From an uncultured Pelagibacteraceae bacterium (GTDB lineage: Bacteria; Pseudomonadota; Alphaproteobacteria; Pelagibacterales; Pelagibacteraceae): 64,000 bases of DNA. The notes below the pieces were generated by a model that had not been told where the DNA came from, ran no database searches, and saw only the letters and a list, made by a program, of their open reading frames with translations. The DNA is taken from assembly GCA_902564265.1 (NCBI GenBank), contig CACFAI010000005.1:404-64403 (forward strand), read 5' to 3'. The translations under genes and the position numbers were made by a program. Each line of letters begins with the position of its first letter. The stretch's first letter is position 1. Shown here one piece after another: positions 1 to 9,905 of this stretch.

Positions 1-709
1 TTTCATAAAACTTCTTAGCAAGTTTTGCTCCCATTTTAAGATTTTTGGTATTCATATTGTCAAAAAGAACTCTTGTAAATTTTAATCCCAAAATTGATTT
101 AAGTTGATTTAAATTATCAACCTCTACTGTTATTCTTCTCCCTTTTTTGTTTTTAATTGCCTTTTGAACTAAGGATTTTAAATCTGAACTCGCGATATGA
201 TTATCTTTGATTAAATACTCATCACTTAAGTTAAATCTGTGATTAGTACCACCACCCAATTTAACTGCATACTTTTGAATTACTCTTAGGTGTGGAATTG
301 TTTTACGAGTACAGCAAATCTTACTTCTACCTTTTACAAGTTTAACAAATTTATTAGTATAACTAGCAATACCTGATATGTGAGAAAGAAAATTGAGTGC
401 TACTCTTTCACAAATTAAGATATTTTTTGAATTACCTTTGATTAAAGCAATAATCTGTCCCTTTTTTACGTAAGAACCATCTTTCTTTTTAATATGAAAT
501 TGAATCTTGCTATCAAATATTTTAAATGTGCTCTTAGCAAACTCTATTCCACCAATTATTCCATCTTGATTTGCAATTATTTTAAATGTTTTAATACTGC
601 TTTTTTTAATAAGATTTGATGTGATATCTCCTCCAGGATACAAATCCTCGTTTAATGCAAGCTTAACGCAATTATTAATAAAACTCTTACTTAAAATTAT
701 TTTAGACAC
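1..709 (-). CDS. nadC: Nicotinate-nucleotide pyrophosphorylase (quinolinate phosphoribosyltransferase), 3' end truncated by window edge
   Basis: Not in ORF track. Manual translation from GTG at 709 gives MSKIILSKSF...EDLYPGGDITS...ERVALNFLSHISGIA...CTRKTIP...GGGTNHRFNLSD..LIKDNH; lies 5 bp downstream of nadA. Confidence 0.93.
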   Translation of the reverse strand, partial: MSKIILSKSFINNCVKLALNEDLYPGGDITSNLIKKSSIKTFKIIANQDGIIGGIEFAKSTFKIFDSKIQFHIKKKDGSYVKKGQIIALIKGNSKNILICERVALNFLSHISGIASYTNKFVKLVKGRSKICCTRKTIPHLRVIQKYAVKLGGGTNHRFNLSDEYLIKDNHIASSDLKSLVQKAIKNKKGRRITVEVDNLNQLKSILGLKFTRVLFDNMNTKNLKMGAKLAKKFYE

Positions 710-714
710 AGATA

Positions 715-1704
715 CTATCTGCCTATTTCAGCCATTCTCTCTACAGACTTTCTAGCTTTTTCAATTGTTTGATCTGACATTAAAATTTCATTTGTCTCAT
801 TCTTTAAACAATCTAAAATTTTAGGAAGAGTAATTCTTTTCATGTGCGGGCACAGGTTACATGGCCTAATAAACTTTACATTTGGATTATCTACTTGGAC
901 ATTGTCGCTCATAGAACACTCTGTTACCATCATGACTTTTTCTGGTTGATTGTCTTTTACATATTTTATCATTCCACTTGTTGACCCAGTGAAATCACTT
1001 GCATTTATTACATCTGGTGGACATTCTGGATGAGCAATAACTTTTATTCCAGGATTGTTTTTTCTAATTTCATTGATCTCTTTATCATTAAACTTTTCAT
1101 GTACTTCACACGTTCCCTTCCAGGAAATAATTTCAACATCAGTTTGAGAAGCTACATATTTAGCAAGATAATCATCTGGTAAGAAAATTACTTTCTTTGC
1201 ACCTAACGAGTTTACAATTTTAACAGCATTTGCTGAAGTACAACAAACATCTGTCTCTGCTTTTACATCTGCTGAAGTATTTACATATGAAACTACAGGA
1301 ACACCTGGATTTTGTTTTTTTAATCTTTTTACATCATCACCTGTAATTGATGATGATAAAGAGCAACCTGCTCCCATATCTGGCAATAATACTTTTTTAC
1401 TAGGACTCATAAGTTTTGCAGTCTCAGCCATAAAATGTACGCCACACATCACAATTATATCAGCTTTAGTTTTTGCAGCCTCGACAGCCAAAGCAAGAGA
1501 GTCGGCAGAAAAATCTGATATCCCATGATATATTTCTGGCGTCTGGTAATTGTGAGCAAGAATAACCGCGTTCTTCTCTTTTTTTAATTTATTTATTTCA
1601 TAAATATATGGAGCATGAGTAGACCATTCAATCTCAGGAATAGTCTTGGAAATTTTTTGGTAAATTGGCTGGGTAGCTTTTTTTATTTCAGCTGTAAAAT
1701 CCAT
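715..1704 (-). CDS. nadA: Quinolinate synthase A
   Basis: LAHNYQ, CGVHFMAE, GCSL, YVNTSA, CEVH, AHPEC, CPHMK motifs with three Fe-S Cys. Confidence 0.97.
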   Translation of the reverse strand: MDFTAEIKKATQPIYQKISKTIPEIEWSTHAPYIYEINKLKKEKNAVILAHNYQTPEIYHGISDFSADSLALAVEAAKTKADIIVMCGVHFMAETAKLMSPSKKVLLPDMGAGCSLSSSITGDDVKRLKKQNPGVPVVSYVNTSADVKAETDVCCTSANAVKIVNSLGAKKVIFLPDDYLAKYVASQTDVEIISWKGTCEVHEKFNDKEINEIRKNNPGIKVIAHPECPPDVINASDFTGSTSGMIKYVKDNQPEKVMMVTECSMSDNVQVDNPNVKFIRPCNLCPHMKRITLPKILDCLKNETNEILMSDQTIEKARKSVERMAEIGR

Positions 1705-1720
1705 ATTTTAATGTATCAAC

Positions 1721-1749
1721 TTGAAAGATAATTGTCATTCAATTAATGT
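1721..1749 (+). promoter_or_regulatory. Putative sigma70 promoter of tRNA-Leu
   Basis: TTGAAA-17 bp-TAATGT ending 10 bp before the tRNA. Confidence 0.55.
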
Positions 1750-1759
1750 GACGCATAAG

Positions 1760-1845
1760 GCGGCCATGCTGAAATTGGTAGACAGGCACGGTTGAGGGCC
1801 GTGTGGACTTAGTCCATGAGAGTTCAAATCTCTCTGGCCGCACCA
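1760..1845 (+). tRNA. tRNA-Leu (anticodon GAG)
   Basis: Acceptor stem GCGGCCA/TGGCCGC, D loop TTGGTAGAC, anticodon stem CACGG/CCGTG with loop TTGAGGG, long variable arm TGGAC-TTA-GTCCA, T arm GAGAGTTCAAATCTCTC, encoded CCA. Confidence 0.97.
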
Positions 1846-1846
1846 T

Positions 1847-2191
1847 TTATATAGCTTTGTTTTTCTTTCTCAAAAATACGAGTAATAAACATCCTTTTTT
1901 TGTGAAAGACGAGTGCTTAGAACCTGGTTTATATAAAATAAAATCACCTTTCTTAAAAGTTGTATTATCTTCATCAATCAACTCTCCATCCAAAACATAA
2001 AATTCTTCAAAGTTTTGATGTTTATGTTTTAAACTTCTTGCACCAGGCGCCATCTTTAACACATAACTTCCAACACCAGTATTTGGATTGTAGGATATTT
2101 TATGCCAACTAATACCTAATATTGGCTTTCCATAGCTATTAAATGGAGTAAATTTTAATTTATTTGGATTTATTATTTTTCTGTTTTTCAC
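1847..2191 (-). CDS. ChrR-like cupin-domain protein
   Basis: PG...HKHQNFEEFYVLDG and GDF..YKPGSKHS cupin motifs; likely GTG start at 2191 overlapping the ygfZ TAG (ORF track extends to 2239). Confidence 0.8.
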   Translation of the reverse strand: MKNRKIINPNKLKFTPFNSYGKPILGISWHKISYNPNTGVGSYVLKMAPGARSLKHKHQNFEEFYVLDGELIDEDNTTFKKGDFILYKPGSKHSSFTKKGCLLLVFLRKKNKAI

Positions 2192-3078
2192 TAGTTTAAC
2201 CAGTTGGGTTTTAATATTTTGATATTTGCTTCTCCGCACTTAAATTCTCTATTATATTCAAACTCCTTGTCTTTAAATTTTATTAAGGCAAAACTAAATT
2301 TGTTTGCTATTAAAACTTTACCAATTTCTACATTGTTTGATATAATTGAATCATTGTTATTTATTGAACCCTTTTTAACTTGGAGTGGTAATAACCTTTT
2401 GTTTAATTTATCTTTATTTTTTATACGTGAAGTGTTTTCTTGACCGACATAACAACCCTTTTTAAAATCGATAGCGTTAAGTTCAACAAAATTACACTCT
2501 ATTCCAAATAATTTCTCTTGTAATTGATCCATGTTATTTTGAGGTATACCTAGCTCGAAGCTCAATTTGTAGTATTCATCTGTGTTAGAAGATTTAAGTT
2601 TCATTTTTTTTAAAGACATGTACAGTTTTTCAAGATTAGCAATAATTCTACCCCCCAATTTTTTGTTTCTTGGATCAAGAAGAACGTGATCCTCATTATA
2701 TTTGATGGTATACCCCAACTCATCTTTTGCACCCTCTATAGATAAGAATTTTTCGTGATTAAAAGCAGCTACCACAAATTCATTACTAAGATTCAAAATT
2801 TCCACCTTGGATTTTAGTTTATACATGATTAATTTTTTATATAATTGATCTACTATTCTCTTTTCACAATCTAAGAAATAGCCATCTTTGTGCTTGACCA
2901 CTATAAAATCAAATAAAAATTTACCCTGCGGTGAAAGCAAAGATGCAAAACAACTTTTGCTTTCATTTACTTTTTTAATATCATTCGAGATAAGATTTTG
3001 TAAAAAATTTTCAGAGTCTGGCCCATTGACATACAAAATACCCCTATCTTCTAAAATATAAACTTTTTCTGTATTCAT
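2191..3078 (-). CDS. ygfZ: Folate-binding Fe-S repair / tRNA-modification protein YgfZ
   Basis: KGCYVGQE signature, GcvT-like N-terminus. Confidence 0.93.
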   Translation of the reverse strand: MNTEKVYILEDRGILYVNGPDSENFLQNLISNDIKKVNESKSCFASLLSPQGKFLFDFIVVKHKDGYFLDCEKRIVDQLYKKLIMYKLKSKVEILNLSNEFVVAAFNHEKFLSIEGAKDELGYTIKYNEDHVLLDPRNKKLGGRIIANLEKLYMSLKKMKLKSSNTDEYYKLSFELGIPQNNMDQLQEKLFGIECNFVELNAIDFKKGCYVGQENTSRIKNKDKLNKRLLPLQVKKGSINNNDSIISNNVEIGKVLIANKFSFALIKFKDKEFEYNREFKCGEANIKILKPNWLN

Positions 3079-3120
3079 AATTGATTAATATATAAATATA
3101 ATATATCTACTTTTAAAACA

Positions 3121-4425
3121 ATGTTAGATCTAATCATTAAAAACGGTGAATGTTATATTAACGGTAATCTAGAGAAAAAAGATATTGGAATATCTAATAA
3201 CAAAATTGTTGAGATTGGTGACTTGAAAGATAAATCTAAAGAAACACTTGATGCAAAAGGATTGACTGTTTTGCCCGGTTGTATTGACACTCAAGTTCAT
3301 TTTAGAGAGCCAGGGTCTACTGATGCTGAGGATTTAAATTCTGGAAGTAAAGCAGCCGTTATGGGGGGCATTACCTCAGTCTTTGAAATGCCAAACACTA
3401 ATCCACCCACAACAAATTTTGAAGAGTTTGATAAGAAAATTCAATTAGGAAAAGGAATGTTTTGTAATCATGCATTTTATTTTGGTGCAACCGCTGAAAA
3501 TTATTCAACACTTGAAAAACTAAAAGATTTAAAAGGGTGTTGTGGGATTAAACTTTTTGCAGGCTCTTCAACAGGAAACTTATTGGTTGATAAAGAAAAA
3601 GACATAGAAAAAGTTTTTGAACACGCTTCTAAAGTTGTTGCTGTTCATTCTGAAGATGAAGAAATTTTGAAAATTAGAAAAAAACTGATTGAAAATGGTA
3701 ATGTAACAAGTCATCCTATATGGCGTAACGAGGAAGTTGCGATGTCCTCTACTAGAAGAATTGTTAAAATTGCGAAAAGATTTAACAAGAAAGCACACAT
3801 TCTACACATAACTACTAAAGAAGAAGTTGATTTTCTCTCTCAAAATAAAGGTAATATTACTTTTGAGATTACACCCCAACACCTAACTATTTATGCACCA
3901 GATTGTTATGATAAGTTAGGAACATATGCTCAAATGAATCCACCAATAAGGGACAAATCTCATTATGATCGTCTTTGGTATGCTGTAAAAAATAACTACA
4001 ACGATACTATAGGCTCTGATCATGCGCCTCACTTAAAAACTAACAAAGATAAAAATTACCCCAATTCTCCTTCAGGGATGCCAGGTGTTCAAACATTATT
4101 GCCGGTAATGTTGGACCATGTAAATAACGGTAAATTAAGTTTAAATCAATTGATGAAACTAATCTGTGAAAATCCAGTTCAAATATTTGGGATACAAAAT
4201 AAGGGATATATTAAGAAAGGATATGACGCTGATTTTACAATAGTAGACTTAAAAAAAGAAATTGAGATTAATAATAAAAATATTCAAAGCAAATGTGGTT
4301 GGTCACCTTTTCATGGTGAAAAATTTAAAGGTTGTCCAATAGCAACAATTGTCAACGGAGAGATCAAAATGAAATTTGGAAAGCTTATAGGGTCACCAAA
4401 TGGCAAGCCAATTATCTTTAATTAA
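3121..4425 (+). CDS. pyrC: Dihydroorotase (type I / multifunctional-type)
   Basis: DTQVHFREPG, EMPNTNP, MNPPIR, GSDHAPH, SGMPG amidohydrolase motifs. Confidence 0.9.
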   Translation: MLDLIIKNGECYINGNLEKKDIGISNNKIVEIGDLKDKSKETLDAKGLTVLPGCIDTQVHFREPGSTDAEDLNSGSKAAVMGGITSVFEMPNTNPPTTNFEEFDKKIQLGKGMFCNHAFYFGATAENYSTLEKLKDLKGCCGIKLFAGSSTGNLLVDKEKDIEKVFEHASKVVAVHSEDEEILKIRKKLIENGNVTSHPIWRNEEVAMSSTRRIVKIAKRFNKKAHILHITTKEEVDFLSQNKGNITFEITPQHLTIYAPDCYDKLGTYAQMNPPIRDKSHYDRLWYAVKNNYNDTIGSDHAPHLKTNKDKNYPNSPSGMPGVQTLLPVMLDHVNNGKLSLNQLMKLICENPVQIFGIQNKGYIKKGYDADFTIVDLKKEIEINNKNIQSKCGWSPFHGEKFKGCPIATIVNGEIKMKFGKLIGSPNGKPIIFN

Positions 4426-4428
4426 AAG

Positions 4429-5238
4429 ATGAGAAAACCTTTAGTTTCGGTTCTAATTAATAATTTTAACAAAGAAAATTTTTGTGAGAAGGCAGTTAAG
4501 TCAGCATTTTATCAAAATTATACTAAAACGGAGATAATTTTTTATGATGATAATTCGTCAGATCTATCTTTAAATAAAATAGATTTTTTAAAAAAGAAAA
4601 AAAAATATAAGAAACTAAAAGTAATTAAGAATAAGAGTAGGGGCATAACTTCCTCTTATAATCAAATTAAAGGGATAATAAGATCATTAAAAAAATCCAA
4701 AGGTCAAATTATTTGCTTATTAGACTCAGATGATTGGTTTAAAAAAAATAAGATAAAAGAAGTAGTAAATTTTTTTAATAAAAATAAAAATCAGGACATT
4801 CTTTTTGATAAACCAGTCTTTTTTTTTGAAAACGGGGAGACCAAAAAAATTAATACTCAATATGATACTAGAAAAAATAAATGGCCAAAATTCCCCCCTA
4901 CAAGTTGTATAAGTTTAAGAAAAAAAAATCTGGAGTCAGTAATCAAAAAAGTTTTTAGTAGTGATTATCCTGATTTATGGATAGATTTTAGACTAGCAAG
5001 TTTTTTTGCGATTAAGAAGAAACAGTTCAATTTATTAAACAACCATCTTACATTCTACAGGCAGTCGGAGACTAGCTTTGATAAAAGATACAATAAATTT
5101 TTAAATGTTGCATGGTGGAGAAGAAGAAACCAAGCTTTTGATTTTATAAGTCAAATAGATAAAAAAAATTCTAAAAATCATCAGACTTTTGATTATTATC
5201 TTACAAGAGCAATAAATCAGTTATTTTCTATTTTTTAA
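4429..5238 (+). CDS. Glycosyltransferase family 2
   Basis: VSVLINNFN, YDDNSSD, LLDSDD GT-A motifs. Confidence 0.88.
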   Translation: MRKPLVSVLINNFNKENFCEKAVKSAFYQNYTKTEIIFYDDNSSDLSLNKIDFLKKKKKYKKLKVIKNKSRGITSSYNQIKGIIRSLKKSKGQIICLLDSDDWFKKNKIKEVVNFFNKNKNQDILFDKPVFFFENGETKKINTQYDTRKNKWPKFPPTSCISLRKKNLESVIKKVFSSDYPDLWIDFRLASFFAIKKKQFNLLNNHLTFYRQSETSFDKRYNKFLNVAWWRRRNQAFDFISQIDKKNSKNHQTFDYYLTRAINQLFSIF

Positions 5239-6201
5239 TATCTTTTCCCACTTTATCGAACTGTTCAAGATTTTGTGAATATTATTATATTTATTTTTCA
5301 TCTTAATAGTTTTTTTGAATTTTTTTGTATCTGAATAGACTGCAGCGACATCACCTTTTCTTCTTTGAACAAACTTTATCTTCAAATTTTTTTTAATTTT
5401 TTTGAACATTCTTAATATTTCTAAAACAGAATATCCTTTTCCGTAACCACAATTTAAAATTACAGATTTAGATTTTTCTTTCAAATATTTTAAGGCTTTT
5501 ACATGGGCAACAGATAAGTCAGAAACATGCATATAATCTCTCACACACGTTCCATCTTTAGTTTTGTAATTATCACCGTAAACATTTATAACAGGTTTTC
5601 TTTTTAAAGATTGAATTGCAATATTTTTAAATAAGTGACCATGAGAAGAATTAATTTCCCCAATTTTATTTGATGATGAGGCACCTGCAATGTTAAAGTA
5701 TCTTAAAATTGCATACTTATAATTAAATTTTTTTGCATATTTAACTATTATTTTCTCAGCTTCATATTTAGTACGAGCATAATAACCTTTTGGATTTGCT
5801 CTTTTATTTTCATCTACTGCACCAATTGTATTCCCATAAATTGAACATGAAGATGAAAAAACAATATTTTTGATATTTGAGGATTTACAACATTTAATTA
5901 AATTTAATGTTCCCATAACATTATTCTGGTAGTATTTTTTTTTATTTCTCTCAGCCTCACTAATATTAAGGTAAGCAGCAAGATGTATAATTGAATCTAT
6001 TTTGTATTCATTAACTATTTTTGATAATTTCTTAAAATCTTTGATATCACCTTTAACAAAAATTGCTTTTTTATTTATTAGTTTTTTGTATCCAGTTACT
6101 AAATTGTCAATGATAATGATCCTGGCTTTCGTCTTTATAAGTTGTTCTACAATGTGACTACCAATATAACCGGCACCACCTGTTACAAGTATGTTATTCA
6201 T
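5221..6201 (-). CDS. galE: UDP-glucose 4-epimerase
   Basis: TGGAGYIGSH, YARTK, LRYFNIAGA, DGTCVRDYMHV. Confidence 0.93.
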   Translation of the reverse strand: MNNILVTGGAGYIGSHIVEQLIKTKARIIIIDNLVTGYKKLINKKAIFVKGDIKDFKKLSKIVNEYKIDSIIHLAAYLNISEAERNKKKYYQNNVMGTLNLIKCCKSSNIKNIVFSSSCSIYGNTIGAVDENKRANPKGYYARTKYEAEKIIVKYAKKFNYKYAILRYFNIAGASSSNKIGEINSSHGHLFKNIAIQSLKRKPVINVYGDNYKTKDGTCVRDYMHVSDLSVAHVKALKYLKEKSKSVILNCGYGKGYSVLEILRMFKKIKKNLKIKFVQRRKGDVAAVYSDTKKFKKTIKMKNKYNNIHKILNSSIKWEKILKNRK

Positions 6202-6296
6202 TTAATAACTCTTCATATATAATTAATTAATATTTCTAGAATAAATATCAACAAAAGTATCCAATTAATATTATTTAGCTTTTCAAATTACTTTTA

Positions 6297-6626
6297 TCAA
6301 ATTTTTACATTATAAGTGTTCACAAGAATAACTCCTACCACAATTAAAAATAATCCTAAAATAGATTGCCAACTAAGATTTTGTTTAAAAAATACATAAC
6401 TTAGTATAGCAATTGTAAAAATTCCTAAGCCGCTCCAGGTTGCATAGACAATTGCTATAGGTAATTTATTTACAACAAATGTGAGTAAATAAAAGGCAGC
6501 AAGATAAAAAATAGATAAAATAAGGGTAGGGAATAATTTTGAGAAATTTTGTGTAGCAGGCAAAAGCATTGTTCCAGCTACTTCACAAAATATGGCCCCA
6601 AACAATAGACAATATGTTTTAATCAC
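6297..6626 (-). CDS. Small multidrug resistance (SMR/EmrE-like) transporter
   Basis: 109 aa, 4 TM, membrane Glu in CEVAGT, IVYATWSGLG. Confidence 0.9.
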   Translation of the reverse strand: MIKTYCLLFGAIFCEVAGTMLLPATQNFSKLFPTLILSIFYLAAFYLLTFVVNKLPIAIVYATWSGLGIFTIAILSYVFFKQNLSWQSILGLFLIVVGVILVNTYNVKI

Positions 6627-8520
6627 TTTTAAGAATATTATTTTTTATAAGATCGTTTGTAATTTCTTTTAAAATTTCTGGGTCATCGATTGTTGCAGGC
6701 ATTTTATATTCTTCTTTATCTGCAATTTTTCTAACTGTTCCTCTAAGAATTTTTCCAGACCTTGTTTTTGGTAGTCTTTTAACAACAATTGCAGTTTTAA
6801 AAGCTGCAACAGGACCTATTTTGTTTCTTACCATTTGAATACATTCTTTTGATATAGTATCGTTACTTTGGTCTACACCAGCTTTTAAAGTAAGTAACCC
6901 AATTGGCAATTGTCCCTTAAGTTTGTCTGAGATTCCAATTACTGCACATTCAGCAACAGATTTGTGATCTGATAAAACTTCCTCTATTGCACCAGTTGAT
7001 AGCCTGTGACCTGCAACATTGATTATATCATCTGTCCTTGACATAATCCAAATGTAGCCATCTTCATCAATATGCCCAGCATCATAAGTTTGATAAAATC
7101 CTTTATAGTTGGACATATAATTATCTTTATATCTTTTGTCAGCATTCCACAAAGTAGGAAAAGTTCCTGGAGGCAGAGGTAGCTTGACTACGATATCACC
7201 CATTTCATTAGCTTTAGCGATAGCTTGATCTGGCTTTATAATTTTTACATCATAACCAGGAACTGCTTTACAGGCTGAACCATATTTTGTTTTCATCATC
7301 TCTATTCCGGTACAGTTAGAGCTTATTGCCCAACTTGTTTCTGTCTGCCACCAGTGATCAATCACCGGAACTTTAAGCAGATTCTCAGCCCACTTAATTG
7401 TGTCAGGGTCAGCCCGTTCCCCCGCTAAAAATAACGACTTAAAAGAGCTTAAATCATATTTTGAAAAAAACTTTCCTTCTGGGTCTTCTTTTTTAATAGC
7501 TCTAAAAGCAGTAGGTGCAGTAAATAAAGATTTAATTTTGTAGTCTGAGATCATTTTCCAGAAGGCACCAGCATCTGGGGTCCCAACTGGTTTACCTTCA
7601 AATAAAACAGTTGTACATCCTTTGAATAAAGGAGCATATACAATATATGAATGCCCCACGATCCATCCTATATCACTTGCAGACCACCAAACATCACCCT
7701 CATCTATGTTGTAAATATTTTTCATTGTCCACTTAAGAGCAACAATATGACCTCCAATATCTCTTACAATTCCCTTCGGTACTCCAGTCGTTCCAGATGT
7801 ATAAAGAATATATGCATATTCATTTGAATTCATCTCTACACAATCTGTATCTTTCGCATTTGAAAGGGCCTCATCCCAGCTAATCTCCTTTGGAGAATTT
7901 AATTTTACTTCATGGCCTTTTCTTTGAAAGAATACGACTTTTTCAATAGAGTGTTTAGCAAGTTTTAATGCTCCATCTACAAGGGGTCTATATTCTACTG
8001 TTCTTCCTGGCTCAAATCCGCATGACGAAGTTATTAATATTTTGGCTTTACTGTCATCGATACGACTTGCAAGTTCGTTAGAAGCAAATCCTCCAAAAAC
8101 AACTGAGTGAATTACTCCAATTCTTCCACATGCCAACATAGCTACAACAGCTTCAGGCACCATGGGCATATAAATGATAGCTCTGTCACCTTTTTGAAGC
8201 CCTTGATTTTTTAAAGCTCCTGCAAACTTTGAAACTTTTAACTTAAGTTCATTATATGTAAACTTTGCTTTATTACCTGTAATTGGACTATCGTAAATAA
8301 GTGCAGTTTTTTCTCCCAAACCATTATTGATATGGAAATCTAGAGCATTATAGCAAGTGTTTGTGGTTCCGTCCTCGAACCATTTATAAAACGGGGGATT
8401 AGTTTTGTTTAAAATCTTAGTTGGTTTTCTAAACCAGAATATATCTTCTGATATTTCACGCCAGAACTCCTCGGGTTTTGTTAAGGATTTATTGTAAATT
8501 TGCTCAAATTTCTTGCTCAT
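6619..8520 (-). CDS. prpE: Propionyl-CoA synthetase (acetate/propionate-CoA ligase family)
   Basis: YTSGTTGVPKG, DHWWQTE, GHRLSTG, PKTRSGKILR. Confidence 0.88.
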   Translation of the reverse strand: MSKKFEQIYNKSLTKPEEFWREISEDIFWFRKPTKILNKTNPPFYKWFEDGTTNTCYNALDFHINNGLGEKTALIYDSPITGNKAKFTYNELKLKVSKFAGALKNQGLQKGDRAIIYMPMVPEAVVAMLACGRIGVIHSVVFGGFASNELASRIDDSKAKILITSSCGFEPGRTVEYRPLVDGALKLAKHSIEKVVFFQRKGHEVKLNSPKEISWDEALSNAKDTDCVEMNSNEYAYILYTSGTTGVPKGIVRDIGGHIVALKWTMKNIYNIDEGDVWWSASDIGWIVGHSYIVYAPLFKGCTTVLFEGKPVGTPDAGAFWKMISDYKIKSLFTAPTAFRAIKKEDPEGKFFSKYDLSSFKSLFLAGERADPDTIKWAENLLKVPVIDHWWQTETSWAISSNCTGIEMMKTKYGSACKAVPGYDVKIIKPDQAIAKANEMGDIVVKLPLPPGTFPTLWNADKRYKDNYMSNYKGFYQTYDAGHIDEDGYIWIMSRTDDIINVAGHRLSTGAIEEVLSDHKSVAECAVIGISDKLKGQLPIGLLTLKAGVDQSNDTISKECIQMVRNKIGPVAAFKTAIVVKRLPKTRSGKILRGTVRKIADKEEYKMPATIDDPEILKEITNDLIKNNILKSD

Positions 8521-8734
8521 ATTAAATGACTCAAAATCTTGTTATTTAAGGCTTTTTCTACGTGTTAGTTGCATTTAATTTCAAAAAGCGAGCAAAATCA
8601 ACCTAAATTAGTCTTAAATAACACTTCTAATAACCCTTTATATTTGGTATTAGGACCCAACTTTGATCTAAATTGAGTTTAGGTCGTAGTTTAAATTTAA
8701 ACTAACAAAAAACTAACTAAAGAGGGAGTTTTTT

Positions 8735-9508
8735 ATGAATAAACTAAAACTGTTTGCATTAGCAGCATTAGCTCTAGTTGGCTTTGCTGGTACCGCAAAC
8801 GCAGCAGACACTGTTCTGTTAGCTACGGATGACCTTGTAGGAATATCATTTTGGTTAATTTCTATGGGTATGGCTGCAGCAACTGTCTTTTTCTTTATGG
8901 AAAGAGGTTCAGTAGCTGGTGGTTGGAAAACATCCATAACAGTTGCAGGTCTAGTAACAGGTGTTGCATTTGTTCACTACATGTACATGAGAGAAGTATG
9001 GATCATTACAGGTGACTCACCAACAGTGTACAGATACATTGACTGGTTAATTACAGTACCGTTACAAATGATTGAGTTTTATCTAATATTAGCAGCGATA
9101 AGAAAAGTACCTTCAGGAATTTTCTGGAGATTACTAATCGGATCAGTAGTAATGCTAGTAGGAGGATACTTAGGAGAAGCAGGTTACATCCCACCTATGG
9201 TAGGTTTCGTAGTAGGTATGGCTGGATGGATCTACATCTTATTTGAAGTATTCTCAGGTGAAGCTGGTAAAGCAGCATCTAAGAGTGGTAACAAAGCACT
9301 TGTTACAGCCTTCGGTGCAATGAGAATGATAGTAACAATTGGTTGGGCGATTTACCCATTAGGTTACATTTTTGGATACCTAACAAGTGGAATTGATGCA
9401 GCTTCATTGAACATCATTTATAACTTAGCTGACTTTATTAACAAGATCGCATTCGGTCTAGTTATTTGGGCAGCTGCAGTTTCAAGTACACCAGCGAGAG
9501 CTAGATAA
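8735..9508 (+). CDS. Proteorhodopsin, DTE proton pump, blue-tuned (Gln at position 105 equivalent)
   Basis: Signal peptide plus 7 TM; RYIDWLITVPLQMIEF; retinal Lys in DFINKIAFG; SD GAGGGAG. Confidence 0.98.
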   Translation: MNKLKLFALAALALVGFAGTANAADTVLLATDDLVGISFWLISMGMAAATVFFFMERGSVAGGWKTSITVAGLVTGVAFVHYMYMREVWIITGDSPTVYRYIDWLITVPLQMIEFYLILAAIRKVPSGIFWRLLIGSVVMLVGGYLGEAGYIPPMVGFVVGMAGWIYILFEVFSGEAGKAASKSGNKALVTAFGAMRMIVTIGWAIYPLGYIFGYLTSGIDAASLNIIYNLADFINKIAFGLVIWAAAVSSTPARAR

Positions 9509-9527
9509 TTAAAATTATCTTAATTTT

Positions 9528-9566
9528 AAAATAGGGCGAGTTTAACCACTTGCCCTATTTTTTTTT
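9528..9566 (+). terminator. Rho-independent terminator after proteorhodopsin
   Basis: AAAATAGGGCGAGT-loop-ACTTGCCCTATTTT followed by T run. Confidence 0.88.
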
Positions 9567-9578
9567 GTACCTATATAA

Positions 9579-9904
<326 letters not shown>

Positions 9905-9905
<1 letters not shown>

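Noticed and set aside
1760-1845. tRNA-Leu as an integration site for an island or prophage
   Set aside because: No integrase, no visible duplicate of the tRNA 3' end, and the flanking genes are housekeeping
1847-2191. Cupin as DMSP lyase DddK
   Set aside because: Motif spacing and the C-terminal GC.LLV pattern fit ChrR-type cupins; it does not resemble DddK as I recall it
9197-9230. Carotenoid-antenna (fenestrated) rhodopsin
   Set aside because: The helix E position equivalent to xanthorhodopsin Gly156 aligns to Phe (VGFVVGMAGW), so the fenestration is closed
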